From positions 75,082,001-75,146,000 of the forward strand of contig OX597821.1 in the NCBI GenBank assembly GCA_951406725.2: DNA of 64,000 nucleotides, read 5' to 3'. Shown one piece after another: positions 26,913-41,092 of the stretch (position 1 is its first letter; every line of letters starts with the position of its first letter). The notes beneath the pieces are model-generated. The model did not search any database and had not been told where the DNA came from. It saw nothing but the letters and a program-made list of their open reading frames with translations. This DNA is from Octopus vulgaris. Taxonomy: Eukaryota. Position numbers and translations under genes: made by a program.

Positions 26913-29900
26913 AATATTGCATTGGGGATATAGCTGGTGGCTGGGAGAGATAAAAGAATGATAACTAAATGTTATGTGAGATTTACGATTCTTGTTTTCC
27001 TTACAAAAAAAGTGGGTTTATTGCCACTAGAGATAATTGGTTTGAAATGTATTCTGATGAACCTCAAAAATTTGAATCGTCTAGTTTGAGAACATATGTT
27101 GAGCGCAGCAGTTCGGGATTGCGTCTAATGCTACCCTTAATAAACAAGTATCAGCTGGCTACGTTGTTAATGCCCTGGATGTCATACAGAATCTTGCAAT
27201 GACGCTTGGTGTCTCTCTTATCCAGTATTTGTTTCGCTCACTGCCGACAGACAAGATAAACGGGAGGAAAATGTTCAAAAGTTAGCTGAAGAACAAAGCC
27301 ATATACAAAAATGACCAAAGTCAGAAATAAGTTTTATAAAGTATATATTTCTAAAAAAAATTTTTCAAGTTTTAAAAAATTTTTTATTGATGTGTTATTG
27401 CAACGAATCGTATATAAAATTATTTAAATAGACGTGGAATATTTTTCTTTATGGTAAATTTGTCAGCGATAAGGTTTTTTTCAATACCTAATTTCATTTA
27501 TTTATAACATTTTAATATATTTGATTAATTTTTTGGAATATAATCCAGTCCTAAATTTGGTTATAACTAGTCGTATTAATTATTTTAATTAATAATTATT
27601 TCTATTGATTAATTTTAATTGTTTCTTACCAAAATAAATATTGTAAAGAATTTTTGGTCGAACAAAAAATAAATCGTATTTTGAAATCGACAAGTGAAAT
27701 GCGTTTTTTAATAAACCTAAATTGTCATATTAATGTTTTAAATCTATAAATAATATTCTCACTGAATTTTCTCATTTGAATTAAATTTGAATGTTAAATG
27801 ATTCTATCTTAGGCATTTAAACTTATACCAAAAACTGATACCTAAAAATTTGATCCCGTCCCAGCAAAATCCACTCTTTACATTTGATATATTAAATATA
27901 CATACTTCCAAAAGTTATCTTAAAAAAAAAATAAACAAGATGTAAATTCGGAATTCTGCAAAGATATCCTTAAAAAACTTCAACCAGCAGAAAATAATGG
28001 AACAAACACCCAACATTGATACACCTGTACCATAACAAATTGGCTCACAATGAATAATTGTACAATGAATTTTAAATTTACTCACTTTTATGTTTTACGT
28101 TTTATAGAAAATTTACAAAAATAAAATCACAAATTAAGCATGCACATAATCTGTAAAGATATTCGTTGGTGTTTTGTTCTAAAATGCATAACCGGTCATC
28201 TGCATAATTTTTAGAACATTTTATAAGAACCATTTCTCGGATGCAAAGTTTTGAAAGAGAAGGTATGTTGAATTATCTTCCAAAATATATCAATGAAGTA
28301 TATTTGTAGTATCTTTTGTACGCTGTGAATTAGTATACTAAACCCCTTCGATTATGGAATGGAACCGGTAAAATTCTAGTTGGAAATGTCTGTAGCAGAA
28401 ATACGATAGCGCTGAACCAACGTAGCCAGCTGAATTTACATTTGAAAGATTAACATAATCTCTAAATTATCCACTTCGTGATTGATGTTAACTGTAAATG
28501 ACAAAAATCTGGAAGCGCAACTGGCACCAAAGTGTGGTATGCCAACACATTTAACTGTTCGCTTAGTCTGGTATAAATAATATTGAATCTCCTTTACAGT
28601 GTACCGTACCGTTTATAAAAGTAAAGTATGCTGGGTAATATCCAGATCACCCCTAAGATTATGGCTGGCATTCGTTTGACCAAAGGTATGCTACGTGAAG
28701 ATTAACCTGGTTTCACGCAACAATAACATCTTACTAAAAATATATTCCACTCCCATTATGTCTTCACCTACGAAATATCAAAATGAGATCCGTAAATACT
28801 ATTTTGGGTCCCAATATTTTATTCCAGATCTTTAGAGAAATTAAATAAAAATCTCATATAAAGTTACTAATGGTAAACTGGCAGCTTAGCCGTGCAGGAA
28901 TTACAAGCATGTAGTGAGTTAGAGAATATATGACTTCATGAGAGAATAGTTTGTAAACTGTGATTCAGTATCGACGCAGATATTCCATATATATTCTTTA
29001 GACAGTCTTGGACAACTGCAAACATGAAGCCATAAATTTACATACCAATGCAATTTACACATCGCATCGCTTTTGAAAATACACCCACGTACCAGAAACT
29101 TACAGAGAGAAGCTATGTATATGTAATAAAAATATGCATAAAATCTTCCCCTCTACTCGATTACAGAGTATTTCGTAACAATATGTAAAAGCATATTCTG
29201 AAATCTAATGTTCTTTCATAAGTAGCGGTGTCATTATTGAGTTGACAACATCGACTGCTGATACACACCTCTGAGAGATTCTGTCAGTGATTAAATTACT
29301 TTATTTTGTGTTCTAATGTACGTTGTTTAGAGTTTTGGCTTTAAAAAAATATCAGCTCAGTGTAACACGATATGGATTTATTTTCAACTTTGCGGTCGTT
29401 TATTCCGTTTGATTTTTAACGTGGACAGAGAGATGACATTGCACAAAAGTAAGATATTATAGCTAATAGATAGAGGAACACATAGGAAGCAGAGAAAGTA
29501 TATGGAGATTATCTGATGGAGTCAACAAAAACCATGCATTGATCGGGTTATTAATATAAGTGGCGATTATTTTAATGAAACCATATAAATAAATTTAATG
29601 TGTTTGCAGTTGTTTGCAAATATTCAGCGACCAACATAAAGATATTGCAAATATGCAGAATAGGGACATATTTTAAGCGTTCTTATTCTGCAAAGCAATG
29701 GCAAACTTTGACAATACTTAACTTTAATGCTAAAGTATTCGAACTGAAATATTTCATTCAATAACTACAGTGTTGAATTGAAAATGAACTGTGTTCGCAT
29801 CCCCTGAAACTTATAATGTGTGTGTGCATGTATTTATAGATGTATGTAAATATGTATGTATGTGTGTGTGTGTTTGTGTTGTGTATGTATCTACGTACGT

Positions 29901-30199
29901 CCGTACGTCCGTACGTACGTACATACATATATTCTTACATACATATAATGTATTAATGGTAGTCTCTCGGCCAAGGAAACACGATTCTGCAACTTCTTGG
30001 TGAGCAATCTGCAGATGATTTGTTTATTAGTGTTCAATTATTTGTGCTGCACATAAGCTCACTTCCTATCCGATCGAACAACAAAACCCTGTTACTGATG
30101 TTGAAATTCCAATGAATGAGCCTTGGATCTAGGTTAGAAACAAGCACTTTCTCTATTGGCAAGAAATCTTGAAATAAAACTGAAATATGACATACAAAC

Positions 30200-30241
<42 letters not shown>

Positions 30242-30369
30242 TGCCTGTTAGTGATTTAGAAATGCTCAAATGCATCACTGTCATTGTAATATTCAATTTC
30301 ACTCGTGTGTCCTGTGTTGATCCACTTCCACAGTGTATGGACCCTAAATCAACCGCTGAAAATATCTCT

Positions 30370-31330
30370 CTATATAGAGATACTGAAATATGTCACCCTG
30401 TTAGATTTTGAGAATTCAAAGTTTCGTGCGTTTCGTACACACAAATGAGTGGAAGAGAGGAATTTAAAGAAATAAATGGCTGTGAACCTTGTGGAGTAAG
30501 GGGATAAGTTTGGAGGTGATTCCACCAATGTGAAAAGCTTGGAATTGGATGTAATACAAGGCAGAGAAAGTTCTGTGAGCAATACAGCCTAATAGTTCGA
30601 TATAACTGCCGGATCCACACTGTCTTCATAAGCAGAAGCTTCGAAGACTCTCCGCAAAGAACATAGCAACTCATTTCTATTTTAACATCGCAAAACGCAA
30701 TCACTACTCATATCTAAAAAGAAAAAAAAGCACACCTCCACCCTCCCTCAACCTGATTAACATATCCCTAGAACCGGAATGCTGTGACAGACGCTGGGTC
30801 TCATCGTTACTTGAGAATTCTCATGATGTTTTCAAATATTCAACATAACAAAGACTGACCTTCTTTTCAAAGTCAGAAATACTTTATAGCCCCAACAAAT
30901 TTCAGCTCAATACAAACCTAATGTGAGACCTACACTTAAATACAACTGCTACACCGGACATTGCAGCTGTTACACACCCGGCCCGCATCCAAAAGTGCGC
31001 CACTCGCCTGACTGAAATGCTATCATTTACTAACCCACCTCAGCATCTGATGGTCTGATGCTCTGTTCTACTTCTCTAACATTAACACACTGGCCTCTGC
31101 TCCACGGAATTGCCTGATCTCGTCTCATTACTCAGCTACTCCTTATCCTTTCGCTTGTTGTTTTCTCATCTATCATAATTTGTTCACGTTACAAATTTTT
31201 ACTAACTACTTCGCCTTCACTCGGAGCATCAGTCCTCTGAAACCCTTCCCTGCCCATGTTTATCCTGCAGCCACCAACTTCCAAATGTCCACCAAAAAGA
31301 TAACCTGCATCAGTCTCACCGGTCCTGTGG
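30370..31330. mobile_element. Highly decayed CR1/L2-like LINE 3' fragments, both orientations
   Basis: Plus strand YKPNVRPTLKY...RIQKCATRL...FPAHVYPAATNFQM; minus strand SQNFL...WWNHL. Confidence 0.5.
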
Positions 31331-32484
31331 GAGTCTGGGAAGGCTTATGGGCGCAGAGTCTTCCTCCAGCACAGATCATTAAGAAAAATAGGAAGTAAAA
31401 CAGACTAAAAAAGTTGATGTTCGCCGGACGAAGAAGCATATGTGTATAAAACGGAAGAAATTATGAATCTAAATGATTTAGTAGCAATTGATAAAGCAAT
31501 TCAACTCTGATAGTTTTTTAACGGGGGGAAGAAGGGCAGAGATAAATTGTGATTATTATATCTACTCTCACTTCACATTTCTTCCTCTCTAACAGCTTCT
31601 TTTTCTTTTCGATGCTTAAAAATAACATAAACATCTCAGAAAACACCTCTGCTCCCTTCAATCAGCCTGACACGATCGTAATTATAATAAAATTCAATTA
31701 TCTTCTGCTTCTTTTACTATTTTCTTCCTGCTCTCATTTCTTCCTTCGAGCCATATTAACACGGCCGACTATTTCCCACTCAGCACCCATTACTCTTTCT
31801 ATCTCACTATTTTTAAATATGTTTACCAGTAATTTTATTCTGTTTCTATCCCTGCTTGCCACTGTTTCTATCTGTCTGTTTTTCTCTCCCTCTTTACATA
31901 CACACACACACACAGACATAACATTCATTGCTCTTTTCCCCAAAACCTTGTCCTCACTCTCTCGCTTGGTCACTCATTCTCATTAACTCTATCATGTCTC
32001 CTATTTATTTCATTAGTTCATCCTTGATACCGTCTTGCTACATTTTCCACCCTAACTTCATTCTCTCTCCTCACCAGAGGGCTGTACACTCTATAATTGT
32101 GTATTCATTCCTTCTGCCCACTCAGCACTCTTTTCTCTTCTTATTTCGTTCTGCCTCTTTCACTGGTTCAAAGCTTATTTCAACCCTTTTTTCTCTTTTG
32201 CATCTCTCTTAATTTACACCTACATACACACATGCACACATACACATATATGCCCACATCTACATATACCTATAAACATGTGGGTATATGTGTATGTTTG
32301 TACATGTGTCTTTAGCGTACAATATTTGGTTGATAGATATTTGCATAAATTAAAATAAACACCTAAATATGTATGTACTATACATGTATAAACATGTATA
32401 CATCAATAGATACAAGCATATATTACGGCCACATATGCGGACAGATCAATAAGTTAATACATATGGTTATGTATGAATGCGCGT

Positions 32485-32516
<32 letters not shown>

Positions 32517-32542
32517 TAGTACACACACATTTATTGACACAA

Positions 32543-32710
32543 GACGGCGAACTGTCAGCAGCATTAGCACACCGGGTTTAGCGGTATTTCATCCGTTTTT
32601 ACGTTCTCAGGTCAAATCCCGCTGAAGCAGACTTTTCATTTTATTATTTCTGGGTCGATAGCATAACTACCGGTTGTGCAACGGGATCGACTGTAATTGA
32701 CTTAACTACT
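32543..32710 (+). mobile_element. Diverged family B SINE
   Basis: GACGGCGAACTGTCAG...GGTCAAATCCCGCTGAAGCAGACTTT...GGGTCGAT. Confidence 0.65.
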
Positions 32711-32937
32711 CCTGCGTATGAGTATAAAAACTGTAGACCTCTGCTCAGCTATGTTGAGTCCGTGTGCCAGAGTATCATCATCAAGCTCGTATGATCCCTT
32801 GGTGAAGAGAACATGCTCAGGTCCTCGTCTTTCAGTGGAGATAACATAAGGTAATGCAATCCATTACTAATATATTTGATAAATATATGATATTATATAT
32901 GTATACACACACACATATATGTATACACACACACATA

Positions 32938-32998
<61 letters not shown>

Positions 32999-33038
32999 GT
33001 ATACACACATATTCCCGGCAAGTTTCTTGCCGGTGCCT

Positions 33039-33113
33039 CCAGAGTGGAAGCAATATTATCGATAATGGCCGAAATTGCGTTCAGCCCTCTGGTCGATAAC
33101 TGATGAGCAGTTG
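33039..33113 (+). ncRNA. Candidate non-circularly permuted hammerhead ribozyme, second family
   Basis: Stem III GCAAT 33050-54 / ATTGC 33074-78; site AUA ending at 33055; stem I TTATCGA 33056-62 / TCGATAA 33093-99; GAAA 33071-74; CTGATGA 33100-06; extra helix CCAGAG 33039-44 / CTCTGG 33087-92; upstream hairpin CCGGCAAG/CTTGCCGG at 33015-33033. Confidence 0.75.
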
Positions 33114-33289
33114 GAAATCTTCTGTGTTTTCTGTTCGCCTGTGTATTTACTACACATTTTCTTAATTATATATATAGGTGTGTTAAATTTTCCTTTGTGC
33201 CTTTTTATTTAATCCTGAAATACATGTGCGTGTGTGTATGTGTGTATATATATATATGTGTGTGTATGTGTGCATGTAGGAGCGTATTC

Positions 33290-33522
33290 GTGTGTGTGTG
33301 TGATGTGTCTTCGTTTCTAAGTCTGTTCCATACCTACTGTTTCACAACCGGCGTTGATGCATTTATGTCCCCGTAACTTAGTGGTTCGATAAAATTAACC
33401 GATAACTTAAGTACCAGGCTTTAAAAGAAACACATAATAGGGTCGAATAATTCGTCTAAAAATTCTTGTAGGTACTGCTCCAGCATGGCCGCAGTCTAAT
33501 GATTGAAACAAGTAAAAAGTAA
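33290..33522 (+). mobile_element. 3' half of a family A SINE
   Basis: ACAACCGGCGTTGATG...CCCCGTAACTTAG...CTCCAGCATGGCCGCAGTC...GAAACAAGTAAAA. Confidence 0.75.
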
Positions 33523-33902
33523 AAGATAACTATATATACGTGTGTGTGAGAGAGAGAGAGAGAGGAGAATAGAGAGGGACAGAAAGAGAGAGAAAATGAG
33601 AAGGATGGAAAGTAAGAGAGAGAAAGTGAGAGGGACAAAGAGAAAGTGAGAGGGTCAAAGAGAAAGAGAGAGAGAGAGAGAAAGTGAGAAGGACGGAGAG
33701 AAAGAGAGAGCGAAAGTGAGAGGAACAAAAAGAAAAAGAGGCAGAAAGAGAGAGAGAGAGGGGAGAGAGATATAAGTAAAACTAAACTACTTACCTTCTA
33801 ATCCAATGAGTCGTATTTTTTCTCTTTAACTCCAAATTAGACCAGAACAATGAAAAGACATTTTCAGCCACGACAATCTCATCTCCTTCAAACATAATGT
33901 AA

Positions 33903-34070
33903 ACACATTTACAGAAAGACGAAGACAAGTGTATGAACAACAAGCAAATGTATTTGGAGAAATGGAAGTCTTTTACGTTTCAAGCCTAAGCTCTTCGACA
34001 GAAAGGATAGAAGGAAATAAATAGAGACAGAATGAAAAAAAACGTGTTGGGTTCAGTGGTCCAGCATGGT
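33903..34070 (-). mobile_element. Penelope-like short repeat with a hammerhead-like motif (family D)
   Basis: Minus strand CTTT-CTGTCGA-AGAGCTTAGGCTT-GAAACGTA-AAAG; homologous to 58209-58390 and 61431-61603. Confidence 0.6.
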
Positions 34071-34771
34071 GAATATATCCAAGATATGCTTGTCCAATGT
34101 TTCTTCTACGATTTTCTAAAAAAAAAGGATGGCTGGTAGTTTTAAAACGTCCTGAAAACAACGAAGAAGATCCCTTAATAGTTCCAATGAAAAGGGAGTT
34201 CTATTTTGCGAGCAACTCGGATTATTGTAGTGACGGAATATTTATAAATCAATCTTTATGTCCGGTTTCAGTGATATTTTTATTATATACAACACAAATA
34301 TAATACAAATGTCTCCTCTTTGAATGTCTGGAAAAAATTTTGATTTGAAACCATCTATTGACGCTGAAATATTTTGAAATGTGTGACGGTCATACTGCCA
34401 ATAAACACCGATTGTTGTTTCTTCATATTTACATTATCAGAATTTCTTCATTACAATTTATTTTTCAAATACTCCCAGAATTTTATTTTCACTACTACAT
34501 GATGTAAATGTGCGATTATGCAACTAAAATCAACTTGACTCATTACATCGCTTGGTGTGACTTTCCAGAGTATAACTCTAATGTAGACGTTATTTTCCAC
34601 GATACTCTGAGTATACATTCTGATGAAGTAAACTATGTTTTTCAAACAATAGTTTCTTAGTAGAACTGCAATAATTCTCCTTTAAATCTGAGGCCTCATA
34701 CCAAGAAAGAAATCAATATTCCACTCAGTCAATCAACTGGATTTTAAAAAGTAGAATCAGTCATTATATTA

Positions 34772-34980
34772 GTTCCAAATTTTGGCACATCGCCGGAAAT
34801 TTCGGGGTTGGGGTAACTCGATTACATAGACCCCAGTGCTCAACTAGTACTTAGTTTATCGACCCCGAAAGGATAAAATGAAAAGTCGACCCGGCCACAT
34901 TTGAACTCTGAAATTAAAAAGGGACGAAATGCCACTAAGCATGTTCCCCGGTGTGCTAACGATTCTGCCAGCTCAACGTC
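34772..34980 (-). mobile_element. Family B SINE
   Basis: Plus strand shows TATCGACCCCGAAAGGATAAAA...GTCGACC...TTTGAACTC...GCTAACGATTCTGCCAGCTC. Confidence 0.8.
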
Positions 34981-36235
34981 GCTCGTTATATTGAGGAATT
35001 AAACCAACCGCGTTACATAGTTAGAGGTGTTAAATGACATAGAGAGTTGAAGGTTAGGTCTGTCTTAGCCTTGGTTGCTACCTATTCCAGATGCTGAGAT
35101 ACGAACAGTCACGCCCCATTTCATTGAACGTCGTGTTACGCTGTTGATAATCATTTTAGCCATCAAACAGATAACATGGCCATATTTGAATAAGTGAATA
35201 CGCCGAAATATATAAACAGCAACCAATTGACCTATAAATTTAGCGAGAGAAACAACCAATCACTTTCCTTTTCTCTCTATCTATCTCTACTTAAATACAT
35301 ATTCACAACCATAAATACACATATGCAAATATATACATTATATGGAGCCAGGTTGTGCAATAAGCGCGAACTGTCCTTGATATTATCAACTGCAAGATTT
35401 AGGAAGCTCCATAGATGTTAATTGTAGAGTTACAATATTATTGAGGTAATGAGTTTAGAATACTATTGAAAAATATTATTGCAGTCTTGAGAAAGTCACT
35501 GCCTTACAGAGAACATCGGTTTCATCATATTTGCGAAACTTGGAACTAAAATTCCCAACCGGAGACTCCACACTTATGAATGTGGGGTAAATATTAGCCA
35601 AACTACAGCGATATGCATTAGTATACGCACACACACACATATAAATATATTGACACACACACAAACACATATATTAATGGGAAGTCGGTTAGATTGATGA
35701 TAGTGCTTGACTGGTTCTTCAATCTATGCATCAGGAAGAAGAATAGGCAAACAAAACCTCGGTTGGTTTCGAACTCGGAATGTGTCAGAGAACAAGAAAT
35801 ACTCGAATGAATTTTAGGAAACAATAACAATTACGCCGTCGATAATATTGGTTTTCCAGAACAGTTTTGGAAACAAATATCTCCGAACTAGTTTCAAATT
35901 GTGGCACACGGCCAGCAGATTTAGAGGAGGGGGTTAAGTCGGTTACATCAACTGGTACTTATTTTGTCGATTCCGTGAAATGAAAATGAAAGTCAGTTCC
36001 GACGGAATTAGAACTCAAAGTCGGGCGAAATACAGCCGAGCACTTTTCCCAGTATTTCAAAAGGCTCTGCAGCTCGCTGTCTCAGTAACCCTTAATAATA
36101 AATATTATAATACGTATATACAATCATATATATATATATTTTTATATATATATAACAAAGTGGAGTTGTAAGGTACCGCACGAGTGGAATTATATATGAA
36201 AGAAGGTTTGAAATGCAATTTTAAAAGATGTTTAT

Positions 36236-36582
36236 TTACTTTGCCGGTTTCACTTTTTAGAAAAAGATTGTCAAAAGTAACATATAAAAGATTGGTTGTG
36301 TTAGTAACTGGTTGTCACAAAATACTACAATACACATGTACATTCTTTGATAACAAGAACATGTTAAGAACAGTCCACAAGGGAAAATTTTTGGAAAATA
36401 TACTAAATGTTTAACAAGTTCATCAAAATATTGGGCACAAAAGCTTGGTTGTGCCAGCTACTGGTTATCACAAAATATTACAATATACATATACACTGCT
36501 TGATAATAAGAACATGTTAAGAACAGCCTACAAGGGAAAATCTTGGGAAAATATAAGAACGTTTAACAAGTTCATTAAAATA
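36236..36582 (-). mobile_element. Penelope-like remnant: decayed type I hammerhead plus a tandem duplication with a period of about 153 bp
   Basis: Minus strand TTACTT-TTGACAA-TCTTTTTCTAAAAAGT-GAAA-CCGGCA-AAGTAA; duplication 36292-36430 vs 36445-36582. Confidence 0.5.
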
Positions 36583-36679
36583 TATATGTATACTTGCAAA
36601 TGGATGCGTGGAGTTCGATCATATAATAATATAAATAATATATAAATTCATGCATATATACATACATATATTACATACC

Positions 36680-36716
<37 letters not shown>

Positions 36717-39139
36717 TATATATATGTGTGTGTATGTATATGTGCATGTATATAGATGTCTATACATATGTTCAAGCATTATGTAATATCGAATACACAC
36801 AGTTATATACTGTCTATGAATGATCAAGCGAAGCTACTTTGATAAAAGTTTAAAATAAATTTCATCACTGTGTGTGTGCATACGTGTGTGTGTGTATGTG
36901 TGTGTATGTGTGTGTGCGTGCGTGCGTGTGTGATTATGTGGTGAATTGACAAGTATGCAGAAAGGATCACTGACCGTTGATAGCCATAGCAATAAACATG
37001 TACAGCGCCACTATGTGGACCACTGGTCACTCACGTCTACAAGAGCAGATCTGAAGAATGTCATCGTAGGTTCTGATTGTCTGCCAACATGTGCTGTGGT
37101 AATAAAATTTACATACTGTTTAGTTATGTCTGTAGCAAAGGTGCACATAACCTCTTCAGTTGTTGTTGTTGCTGCATTTACAGGAAATCCTATTGGGAGT
37201 GACATGTAATGCTGAAGTGTCGGTGGTGGGGCGGCCACCGAATTAATGCGGCTCTTACGCGCGCGTATTATATGTATACGTACATACATAGATACGTAGA
37301 TACATACATACATACATATACACATAGATAAATGTATGTATATGCCAAGAGAGAAAGTGAAAGAGAAAGACAGTGAAAGAAAGTTCCTTATATGTGTGAG
37401 GGATAAATGCGAAGCTGTAAATGTTTCTATGTGAGAGACAAGGAGGGAGAAGGGGAGGAAAAATTGCTGCTCTTCTTGTTGCTGCTGCTGCTGGTGATGA
37501 TGATGATGATGATAATGATGATGATGATGATGATGATTACATATAATGCAACTGTATGTATATGTCATATATATATAAGTGTATGCGTTTCGAAAGTGAG
37601 AAATTGGATTTTGTTCAGCAACCTGTTAATTTAAACGCTTCATTTCTCACAACAGAATATTAATTTTATTACTACTTACACAGTTTGGAATATTAATTAT
37701 ACAATCATCGATTTTAGTTGTATTTTAATTAATTTCTACTTCCTACAGTTGTAGCCGCTGGATAATTCTCAGAGCCAGACTTGAATGAGCAATAATATTC
37801 ATCTAACCATAATATCTATAAGTTATCATATTGCTTAAAGGCAGGTATGCATGATGGAAAAATCTACTTATCGTTATGTATTTCATACCAAATTTCTATT
37901 TGTCGTTGCAGGCATCCCATTTGGGTTTAAAATAGTAACATTATGATAACATAAAATGTAATTACCCATCTAATTTCACGATTATTACATACCTAAATAT
38001 ATCAAGGGAAACGGCGTACGTCTATATTCACTTCCACGTTATTGTTTTAGAGAGGATTAACAGCTGATTATCTGTTAAAATCCTTTTCTTAAAGAAAGAG
38101 TCGAGACTGATAAATGATGGTGCAGTTGGATAAAATATCGAACAACAAACCGAGAGGTTAGCGGCTCGAATCGTGTCATCGGTTGTTGACATATTAATGG
38201 CATTCGTTCAAAATATTTCATAATCAATGTTTGATAACATCGTATATTGGCTTCATTAGCAGCCGGAAAGCACTATTGCTACACATATAAAAAAAACATC
38301 ATTGAATTCCACCTACAAATAATAAACTGTAGGTTTCTAAAAGCCTGAAGGTCGGTACAAATACTTTCCCTCGCCATTACCGAGTATCTCTCCTGGCGAA
38401 CACACGCCCACAGCGCAGAAAACGACAAGGTCTGTAACACATAGACAGAACTTCCGCTGCAGGGACAGGAAATATACGAAGTCCCCCTTAGTAATTTCTA
38501 ATTGTCTACAAAACACACGTAAGCCACACTCTTGTTTACTAGTCCCCATATCTAGAATATTAATGCTGTTACAACTAAGAACATTCAAGATCACTTACAA
38601 AAATATGTGAAGTGGTTTTTGAGTACACTTAAAACACATACGGTTTTTATCATCTGCCTGCCTGCCTGCCTGCCATTCTGTCTGTTTGCTTGCCTGTCTG
38701 TCTGTCTTTTTAAAACATTTGCAATATGGCCTCTGCTCAGAATTGACTGATAACATACCATTTCCATTCACGTACTACCTCTTGGCCTTCTTTATCCCCC
38801 CCCCTACTCCATTATGCTCCACTCAGAATCGTACTAAATGAGTTTCCACCTGTTTTTTTTTTACCGGAATGTCGAATTTCTGGGGGGTTGTCACTCTGTA
38901 CAAATTGCTTACTTTAACGATTAACTTGTAAGTATTTAAGAGGGAAACTAACTACATCGACATCCGAGGGCTTGCGAAGGCGTCGGGCACAAATTTCCAC
39001 AAACACAAATAGATATACAACTAAATCAGGAACAGCATAATTTACCCTGTTAGCAGCAGCTGAGCCGAATAATTGTTGAGGTGAGTAATTAATTACTTTA
39101 ACAGAAATATTAAACCACCATAAACTAGTATAATATATA

Positions 39140-39352
39140 CTTTACTACTCTAGGCTCACGACCAGAAATTTTGGGGGGAGGGGGCCTGTCGATTAGAAAG
39201 ATCTCAGTATGCAACTAGTACTTGAATTTATCAACCCCGAAAAGATAAAAGCAAATCGACCGCGGCAGCATTTGAACTCAGAACGTAGCGGTAGACGAAA
39301 TATCGCTATGCATTTCGTCCGGCGTGCTATTGGTTCTGCCAGCTCGCCGCCT
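39140..39352 (-). mobile_element. Family B SINE
   Basis: Matches family B; imperfect TSD TAACTAGT(A/G)TA(A/T)TATATA. Confidence 0.85.
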
Positions 39353-39410
39353 TAACTAGTGTATTATATAAAACACATGCATGACTTAAATTTTACATCA
39401 TACACAAATT

Positions 39411-40005
39411 CCCATCAAAAATTCTTTCCTACTCTAGGTACAATGCCCAAAATTTTTAGGGAGGGGGGTCAGTCGATTAGATCGACCCCGAAATGACGAA
39501 AGGCGAAGTGGATCTCGGCGGAATTTGAACTAAGAACGTAAAGACAACGAAATATCGCTAAGCATTTCGCCCTGCGTGCTGACGTTTCTTATTTCTTTAT
39601 TGCCCACAAGGGGATAAACATAGAGGGAACAAACGAGGACAGACAAAGGGATTAAGTCGATTACATCGACCCCAGTGCGTAACTGGTACTGAACTTATTC
39701 GACCCCGAAAGGATAAAAGACAAAGTCGACCTCGGCGGAATTTGAAGTCAGAACGTAGCGACAGACGAAATACCTATTTCTTTACTACCTACAAGGAGCT
39801 ATACTCAGAGGGGACAAAGAAGGACAGGCAAACGGATCGAGTCGATTATATCGACCCTAGTGTGTGACTGGTACTTAATTTATAGACCCCGAAAGGATGG
39901 AAGACAAAGTCGATCTCGGCGGAATTTGAACACTGAACGTAACGGCAGACGAAATACCGCTAAGCATTTCGCCCGGCGTGCTAACGTTTCTGCCAGCTCA
40001 CCGCC
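39411..40005 (-). mobile_element. Family B SINE multimer inside an 18-bp TSD
   Basis: TSD TTACATCATACACAAATT at 39393-39410 and 40006-40023; three B-box-containing bodies. Confidence 0.85.
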
Positions 40006-40462
40006 TTACATCATACACAAATTACGTTAGTACCAGATTAACGGAGCATAGACATCCTTGACAGCACAAATGAAATTTACTAAATCCGATACACTAATCA
40101 GTATTAGAGTTTAATCTCTATATAAGTGGAGCCATATCTAGTAAGGTAAATTGTTACAAGTTGAAATTATAATATATTTCACTGTTTGATGTTCTGCGAG
40201 AGAATCTTGGTAGGAGAATCTTTCGACAACCTCATATAGAGCTGTTTGGCTAAATGATGCCGTCTGTGGCGATCGATTGAAACATCTCCGTCTTTGTGAA
40301 TTGGCATATCGTGGAATGTTATTCTTTGAAGTTTAACCCTCTGAAAGCTTGGACTACCAAATTGTGTCGCTACTTCATAACATGATATACATACATAAAC
40401 ATGCATTACATATATATATATATATATATATAAATATATATATACTTATATACATATATATA

Positions 40463-40494
<32 letters not shown>

Positions 40495-40528
40495 GAATAT
40501 ATACACACATATATATATATATACATAC

Positions 40529-40593
<65 letters not shown>

Positions 40594-40705
40594 CATACAT
40601 ATATATACATATATATAACATACATATCTAAATATCGCTATCTATCTTTCTGTCTGTCTCTCTATCTGTCTATCTATCTATCTAGCTAGCTATCTGTACA
40701 TATGT

Positions 40706-41092
40706 GCAGGAGTGGCTGCGTGGTAAGAAGCTTGCTTCCCAATCACATGATTCCGGATTCAGTCCCACTGCATATCATCTTGGGCAAGTCTCTTTTACTA
40801 TAGCTTCCGACCGACCAATGCCTTGTGGGTTTTATTTGCAAGATGGAGACTGAAGGAAGCCCGTCGCGTATATGTGTTTGAGCGTGTGTGTGAGTGGGTG
40901 CTTGTGTATGTGTGTGTATGTGTCTGCTTGTGTCTGTGTTTTCCCCACCACCACTTGACAAAGGGTGTTGATGTACTTATGTACCCGTAACTTAGCGGTT
41001 CAGCCAAAGAATCCGATAGAATAAGTACCAGGCTTAAAATTTTTTACTAGGATCGATTCTTTTGACTAAAAAAAATTCACAGAGGTGGTGCT
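40706..41092 (+). mobile_element. Family A SINE
   Basis: GCAGGAGTGGCTGCGTGGTAAGAAGCTTGC...GGATTCAGTCCCAC...TTGGGCAAG. Confidence 0.85.

Noticed and set aside
27035-27065. GGTTT-GAAA-TGTATT-CTGATGA-ACC in permuted order
   Set aside because: Only 6 nt separate the cores and there is no partner strand for stems I or III.
38115-38185. tRNA gene
   Set aside because: Only A/B-box-like remnants are present, with no intact cloverleaf; probably a SINE head.
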